Shown piece by piece: positions 58,805 through 64,000 of a DNA stretch of 64,000 nt. Every line of letters begins with the position of its first letter. Position 1 is the first letter of the stretch. Source of the stretch: an uncultured delta proteobacterium. GTDB taxonomy: Bacteria > Desulfobacterota > Desulfobacteria > Desulfobacterales > QNYZ01. Location: contig CAWJQU010000013.1 in the NCBI GenBank assembly GCA_963845145.1, positions 128,001-192,000 of the forward strand, in the 5' to 3' direction. A program made the position numbers and the translations under genes. The notes under the pieces are model-generated. The model did no database searches. It was not told the DNA's origin and saw only the letters and a list, made by a program, of their open reading frames with translations.

Positions 58805-59431
58805 ATGATGGAAAAACCGAAAAATGTCCACGATTTTATTACCCGTCAGCGTGCTTCCCTGGCTGAAAACCCGGAATGCGGAACATCCCATTACAACCTG
58901 GCTGTGGGGTTGTTGGGATTGAAAAAATATGAAGAGGCCGAAGAGGAGCTTCATGCCGCCGTCGACTGCAGCCCCGGGCTGGCCGAGGCCTTTGTGCAAC
59001 TGGGCGGCCTTTGCCTTAAAAGAGGGGACATGGACGGGTGCCTTGAATTCAACCAAAAGGCTGTGAAAGCCAAACCCGGTTTCTCGGAAGGGTGGGGCAA
59101 TATCGGGTTTGTTCATCTTCAGCGGGGCGAGGTGGATGAAGCCATCAAGGCCCTTGAAAAAGCGACCCGCTTTAATTTCCGGTTTATTCAAGCCTATGCG
59201 ACAATGGGCAGCGCCTATTTAATGAAGGGTGATGTGGATAAAAGTATTGAATACGGGCTAAAGGCACTCAAACTGGCCCCTGACTTTGCCGTAGCGCATA
59301 ACAACCTGGCGATCGCGTATCTCGAAAAAAAAGAGGCGGACAAAGCCATCGAGCATTACGATCGTGCCGTGGATTTGGGATACGAGGTTGCGCCGGAAAT
59401 TACTGATGAAATCAATCGACAGCGTCAATGA
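58805..59431 (+). CDS. Tetratricopeptide repeat protein
   Basis: About five TPR-like units (HYNLAV, WGNIG, AHNNLA). Confidence 0.88.
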   Translation: MMEKPKNVHDFITRQRASLAENPECGTSHYNLAVGLLGLKKYEEAEEELHAAVDCSPGLAEAFVQLGGLCLKRGDMDGCLEFNQKAVKAKPGFSEGWGNIGFVHLQRGEVDEAIKALEKATRFNFRFIQAYATMGSAYLMKGDVDKSIEYGLKALKLAPDFAVAHNNLAIAYLEKKEADKAIEHYDRAVDLGYEVAPEITDEINRQRQ

Positions 59432-59506
59432 TTCGGGGCGCGTCAATTCATGTCGCCTGTAAACAGCTTTTGGCGATCCGCAATTCACCCTTGCTAAAAT
59501 TCACTC

Positions 59507-60700
59507 TTGCCAAAATTTACCCGTGCCAAAAATTACCCGGGATGGATGAACATTAACTATTTTTTGTACCATCTTGAACACCCCGTTGATGCCAACATGC
59601 CGGAATGGCGGGCAGCCATTCCGGTTCGTCGACCTGGCGCCATACCCACCGGCCTTCTCTCAATATCTTACGGTAGCTATTTTACGGCTGTGCGCGATTT
59701 TCTCACTGTTGATGACGGCCTCAGTTACGGTTTGTCCCAGCAACAGGGCCACACTATCGCTCTAGAGACGGTTGATCGTATCGATATCATTATTCAAAAG
59801 CACGGCGCCTTTTACCACCCCGCCCGGGTGAATGTGTGGATGGGCAACGAACAGGCCTCATTTGTGGTAAACGTCGCCATTTCCGCCGAAGGACGTGCCG
59901 GGTTGCGCTCGGAATTCGATCTGCTGTATCGGTTAAACAGCGTCTTCCCGCAACGGTATATTCCAGCCGTTTATTCTCAGGCGGTCATAGAATGTGAAGA
60001 AAAACCACATCGATTACCCATGTTTTTAGGGGAGTGGTTGAGCGGTTTTCACGAGTTTCACGTCCATCTGAACGATACACCGCACCCAACCCTGAGCATT
60101 TGGAATCCAAACCGCAGGGTGATTCTGGACACCACCCAAAAAAAAATCCTGTTTCGTCAGGTGGCCAAAATTTTAACCTACTATTATGACCTGCAAACCT
60201 TTGAACAGGTTTTTCCATGGCACCATGGGGCGGGTGATTTTGTGGTTCAAGTTCATGACAGCCGGCCCATTGTCCGTTTGATCACTGTGCGGGGGTATTC
60301 ATCCCTGGTGGATGCAAAGGGCTGCGATCCAGCGACTATTATAGATGCACTGCTCCGATTTTTTGTCCATCTTAGCTTGCGCACGCGGATCGATCGGGTT
60401 GATGGTACCGGTGACCTTATTTGGGTGGATGATTCGGCCGTAGAAGGCACCCTGCTCGGTTTTTTAGAAGGCCTGGCGGTCAAGGGTCGGATCTCAGAGA
60501 TGCCGGATTCAGTTAAAGACATCATGGGCTATTATTTATTACAGCTTTCGACAACGGATCTTATCATCAGGATTGAAGACACACTCAATGCCTACCCATC
60601 CCAATCGCCGGAGCGTCATCTGATGGCATTGCACCAATACGATCATGCCAAGGCGCTTTTTAAAAGCATTGCCGAACTTTCGCCCTCCGGTTGCCATTAG
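59507..60700 (+). CDS. Hypothetical protein upstream of dsrA, possibly kinase-like fold
   Basis: 397-aa ORF (start uncertain) with KHGAFYHP, GEWLSGFHEFH, WHHGAGDFVV, RLITVR. Confidence 0.65.
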   Translation: MPKFTRAKNYPGWMNINYFLYHLEHPVDANMPEWRAAIPVRRPGAIPTGLLSISYGSYFTAVRDFLTVDDGLSYGLSQQQGHTIALETVDRIDIIIQKHGAFYHPARVNVWMGNEQASFVVNVAISAEGRAGLRSEFDLLYRLNSVFPQRYIPAVYSQAVIECEEKPHRLPMFLGEWLSGFHEFHVHLNDTPHPTLSIWNPNRRVILDTTQKKILFRQVAKILTYYYDLQTFEQVFPWHHGAGDFVVQVHDSRPIVRLITVRGYSSLVDAKGCDPATIIDALLRFFVHLSLRTRIDRVDGTGDLIWVDDSAVEGTLLGFLEGLAVKGRISEMPDSVKDIMGYYLLQLSTTDLIIRIEDTLNAYPSQSPERHLMALHQYDHAKALFKSIAELSPSGCH

Positions 60701-60748
60701 CCGGCCTTCTCCACCCGTCGATAATTTTAATGGAAATTCCTTTTTTCA

Positions 60749-60777
60749 TTGACAGATTATCGTAATACTTTTAAAGT
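60749..60777 (+). promoter_or_regulatory. Putative sigma70 promoter of the dsr operon
   Basis: TTGACA-17 bp-TAAAGT. Confidence 0.55.
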
Positions 60778-61020
60778 AATCAACTTATTCCAACAATAAA
60801 TAATTGGCCCTTTTTAAGCGATTCGGGTCGGCTAAAAGTGGAAAGTCGGTGGTCGCAAGAGACAATCTTGAGACCAATAGCTTTGATTGGGTAACATACT
60901 GATTTAAAAATAAAAGATATAAGAATTTGTACGAGAGGAGGTGAGGATTCGCACCGCTTTGCCGGTACCCAAAACGATTTGACAAGACGAATTAAACATT
61001 AACGTAATGGAGGTAACAAC

Positions 61021-62334
61021 ATGAAGCATGAGACCCCTCTATTGGACCAGCTTGAAGCTGGGCCGTGGCCGAGTTTTGTGTCCGATCTGAAACAGCAGGC
61101 CGAAAAAAGGGCGAAAAACGAAGAAGGAATAGAATTTCAAATCAACCAGGACGTGGTCGAAGATGTCCTCGGAATACTTGAACTTTCCTTTAAAGACGGC
61201 GAAACCCACTGGAAACATGGGGGTATCGTTGGGGTTTTCGGGTACGGTGGTGGTGTAATCGGGCGGTACTGTGATCAGCCGGAGCAATTTCCCGGTGTGG
61301 CCCATTTTCACACCATGCGGATTGCCCAGCCAGGCGGAAAATTTTACAAGACCGATTTCTTAAGAGATCTTTGCAAGCTGTGGGATTTTCGTGGCAGCGG
61401 TATCACCAATATGCATGGCTCCACCGGCGATATCATCTTCCTGGGAACCACCACGCCCCAGCTGGAAGAGATCTATTATGAATTGAGCCATAACATGAAT
61501 CAGGATTTGGGCGGTTCCGGCTCCAACTTGCGGACCCCTTCAGACTGTATCGGCGCGGCCCGTTGCGAATGGGCGTGTTACGATACCCAGGATCTGTGTT
61601 ATAATTTGACCCAAGAGTATCAGGATGAGCTGCATCGACCGGCCTTTCCCTATAAGTTTAAACTCAAATTTGACGGGTGCCCCAACTGCTGCGTGGCGTC
61701 CATTGCCCGTTCCGACCTTGCTTTTATCGGTACCTGGCGAGATGATATCAAAATTGACCAAGAAGCCGTTCAGGCCTATATAGGCGGGGAGATTCCCCCT
61801 AACGGCGGTGCCCACTCCGGCCGTGACTGGGGCGCATTCAACATCAATAAAGAAGTCATCAACCTGTGCCCCACCAAATGCATGTGGATGGAAGACAAAA
61901 AGCTCATGATCGATAACCGTGAGTGCACGCGCTGCATGCACTGCATCAATGTCATGCCCAGGGCTTTACGCATCGGTGATGACCGCGGATTGTCCATTCT
62001 GGCCGGCGCCAAAGCGCCGATCTTAGATGGTGCCCAGATGGGATCGTTGATTATACCCTTTATCAAAGCGGAAGCCCCCTACACCGAGATCAAAGAGAAT
62101 GTGATCGAACCGATCTGGGACTGGTGGATGGAAGAAGGGAAGAACCGCGAGAGACTGGGTGAGTTGATGAAACGCCAAGGCTTTCAGAAACTGATTGAAG
62201 CCCTCGGCCTTAAACCTGATGCTCGAATGGTTCAAGAGCCGCGCTCCAATCCGTACATCTTCTGGAAAGAAGATGAAGTCGATGGCGGATGGGAACGTGA
62301 TGTCAACGCATTCAGGAATAAACATCAGAGATAA
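61021..62334 (+). CDS. dsrA: Dissimilatory sulfite reductase alpha subunit
   Basis: GPWPSFV, THWKHGG, CIGAARC...GCPNCC siroheme motif, ferredoxin insert, ERLGE. Confidence 0.98.
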   Translation: MKHETPLLDQLEAGPWPSFVSDLKQQAEKRAKNEEGIEFQINQDVVEDVLGILELSFKDGETHWKHGGIVGVFGYGGGVIGRYCDQPEQFPGVAHFHTMRIAQPGGKFYKTDFLRDLCKLWDFRGSGITNMHGSTGDIIFLGTTTPQLEEIYYELSHNMNQDLGGSGSNLRTPSDCIGAARCEWACYDTQDLCYNLTQEYQDELHRPAFPYKFKLKFDGCPNCCVASIARSDLAFIGTWRDDIKIDQEAVQAYIGGEIPPNGGAHSGRDWGAFNINKEVINLCPTKCMWMEDKKLMIDNRECTRCMHCINVMPRALRIGDDRGLSILAGAKAPILDGAQMGSLIIPFIKAEAPYTEIKENVIEPIWDWWMEEGKNRERLGELMKRQGFQKLIEALGLKPDARMVQEPRSNPYIFWKEDEVDGGWERDVNAFRNKHQR

Positions 62335-62346
62335 GGGGGTATAACA

Positions 62347-63495
62347 ATGGCATTTGTTTCTTCAGGTTATAATACTGACAAGCCGATGGAAAACCGGATC
62401 AGCGACATCGGTCCGCGTAAATACGATGAGTTTTATCCCCCGGTCATCGCTGCAAATAAGGGGAAATGGCTCTATCATGAAATTTTAAAACCCGGTGTTT
62501 TGGTCCATGTGGCCGAATCCGGCGACAAGGTGTTCACCGTTCGTTGCGGTGGCGCCCGACTTATGTCAACCGGTCTCATTACCGAGATTTGCGACATCGC
62601 CGATAAACATTGTGACGGCTATGTCCGCTGGACCACCCGTAATAATATCGAATTCATGGTGGACAGCGAAGATAAAGTCGAGCCCTTGGTTAAGGATCTG
62701 GAAAGCCGAACGTTTCCGGCGGGCAGTTACAAGTTCCCCGTAGGCGGTACCGGCGCCGGTGTCACCAATATCGTTCACACCCAGGGATGGCTCCACTGCC
62801 ACACCCCGGCCACGGACGCATCCGGTCCTGTAAAGACCACCATGGACGCCCTGTTCGATGACTTTAAAGATCATCGTCTGCCGGCCCAATTGCGTGTGTC
62901 TCTGGCATGCTGCTTAAATATGTGCGGTGCTGTACATTGCTCTGATATCGCTATTTTAGGATATCACCGTAAACCGCCCATGTTAGACCATGAGTATCTG
63001 GACAAGATGTGCGAAATTCCGTTGGCCATTGCTGCCTGCCCCACCGCGGCCATCAAACCGTCTAAGGTGGAAGGCGCCGAAGGAAAACAGTTAAAGAGTG
63101 TGGCCGTCAAGAATGAACGCTGTATGTTCTGCGGTAACTGTTATACCATGTGCCCGGCCATGCCTCTTGCAGACCAGGATGGTGATGGCATCGTCATTAT
63201 GGCCGGCGGTAAGGTCTCCAATCGGATAACCGCGCCGAAGTTCTCCAAGGTTGTGGTGGCGTTTATTCCCAACGAGCCCCCGCTGTGGCAGAACACGACC
63301 AAAACCATCAAAAAGATCGTGGAAGCCTATTCCACCGGCGCCAATAAGTACGAACGCGTCGGAGAATGGGCCGAGCGGATCGGATGGGAGCGATTCTTTG
63401 AGAAATGCGAATTGGAATTTACTCATCACCTGATTGATGATTTCCGTGATCCGGCGTATTATACTTGGCGTCAATCCACATTGTTTAAATTCTAA
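62347..63495 (+). CDS. dsrB: Dissimilatory sulfite reductase beta subunit
   Basis: [35 protein letters not shown]. Confidence 0.98.
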   Translation: MAFVSSGYNTDKPMENRISDIGPRKYDEFYPPVIAANKGKWLYHEILKPGVLVHVAESGDKVFTVRCGGARLMSTGLITEICDIADKHCDGYVRWTTRNNIEFMVDSEDKVEPLVKDLESRTFPAGSYKFPVGGTGAGVTNIVHTQGWLHCHTPATDASGPVKTTMDALFDDFKDHRLPAQLRVSLACCLNMCGAVHCSDIAILGYHRKPPMLDHEYLDKMCEIPLAIAACPTAAIKPSKVEGAEGKQLKSVAVKNERCMFCGNCYTMCPAMPLADQDGDGIVIMAGGKVSNRITAPKFSKVVVAFIPNEPPLWQNTTKTIKKIVEAYSTGANKYERVGEWAERIGWERFFEKCELEFTHHLIDDFRDPAYYTWRQSTLFKF

Positions 63496-63508
63496 ATATT
63501 CTGATCTT

Positions 63509-63543
63509 CGCAAAGGGGAGCGGGATTGCCGCACCCCTTTGCG
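63509..63543 (+). terminator. Strong intercistronic stem-loop between dsrB and dsrD
   Basis: CGCAAAGGGGAGCGG / CCGCACCCCTTTGCG. Confidence 0.6.
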
Positions 63544-63566
63544 TGATCAATACAAAGGACGTAGAG

Positions 63567-63812
63567 ATGGCATTAGATTACGAGGAATCAAAAACCAAAT
63601 TGATTGAGGGATTACAGAAAAAACTCAAATCAAAGTCCAAATTCTACTTTAATGATCTTTCAAAAATCTTAGAGGTCAAGCCCCGTGAAGCTAAAAAAGT
63701 TGTAAACCGGATGGTTGTTGAAGGCGAACTGGAGTATTGGTCCAGTGGCAGTACCTCTATGTACGGTATTCCCGGTACGGGTAAACAGGCCGCGGCCGAA
63801 CACGAAGATTAA
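63567..63812 (+). CDS. dsrD: DsrD
   Basis: KSKFYFND...LEYWSSGSTSMYG. Confidence 0.95.
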   Translation: MALDYEESKTKLIEGLQKKLKSKSKFYFNDLSKILEVKPREAKKVVNRMVVEGELEYWSSGSTSMYGIPGTGKQAAAEHED

Positions 63813-63869
63813 TCAGCGTGCGTCGTCCCTGGTTTTTAGTGTAAATTAAAGTCTTATTCCCGGTTCCCA

Positions 63870-64000
63870 ATGCAACCTTTAAAAACGGCAGTGCCGCGAT
63901 TAATCATTTCCGCATTGCGGGGGGGATCGGGAAAGACGGTTCTCTCCATCGGGCTGATTGCCGCCTTGAAAAATCGCGGCAATACCATTGCGCCTTTCAA
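63870..64000 (+). CDS. dsrN: DsrN (cobyrinate a,c-diamide synthase-like siroheme amidase), 5' part
   Basis: Manual translation MQPLKTAVPRLIISALRGGSGKTVLSIG...IAPF; follows dsrD. Confidence 0.8.
   Translation, partial: MQPLKTAVPRLIISALRGGSGKTVLSIGLIAALKNRGNTIAPF

Noticed and set aside
1..64000. CRISPR arrays, tRNA or rRNA genes
   Set aside because: No regularly spaced repeats, cloverleaf or rRNA signatures were seen by eye. A tRNAscan/Infernal run would be definitive.

Overview
Chromosomal window of a sulfate-reducing Desulfobacterota bacterium, most like Desulfobacterales (reductive dsrABD plus the start of dsrN at the right edge). 1-17.6 kb is a minus-strand surface-polysaccharide locus (glycosyltransferases, Wzx flippase, Wzy/ligase-like gene, two methyltransferases, a GDP-mannose 3,5-epimerase-like gene). 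It carries a 305-bp MITE with a 5-bp TSD, an IS256 scrap, an IS1380 with an intact ISL3 nested in its right end, an IS5 remnant, a HepT/MntA toxin-antitoxin pair and a DUF4143 AAA ATPase. Three of its genes are split by frameshifts that look like homopolymer deletions. 17.7-26.3 kb is an Lrp-associated reductive pyrimidine/beta-alanine catabolic operon that lacks beta-ureidopropionase and includes a degenerate ferritin-like gene. A stand-alone cooS and housekeeping genes follow (ispG, archaeal/eukaryote-type proS, rel, rpmB, bamD, trxA, purN). The best novelty candidate is an AT-rich insert at 37.4-40.9 kb: a soluble histidine kinase with an unusual N-terminal domain, a REC-LuxR regulator, phased direct repeats, a roughly 290-nt densely base-paired non-coding region (candidate ncRNA) and a small Cys-rich ORF. 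The remainder holds a TraB-family gene, an orphan Tat-FeS/membrane pair, a large CoA-activase fusion, a eukaryote-type UGPase, ilvE, a ugp-type ABC transporter with a HAD phosphatase, and YkgJ/dapA/TPR/kinase-like genes upstream of dsrAB. All calls come from reading motifs by eye; no database searches were run.
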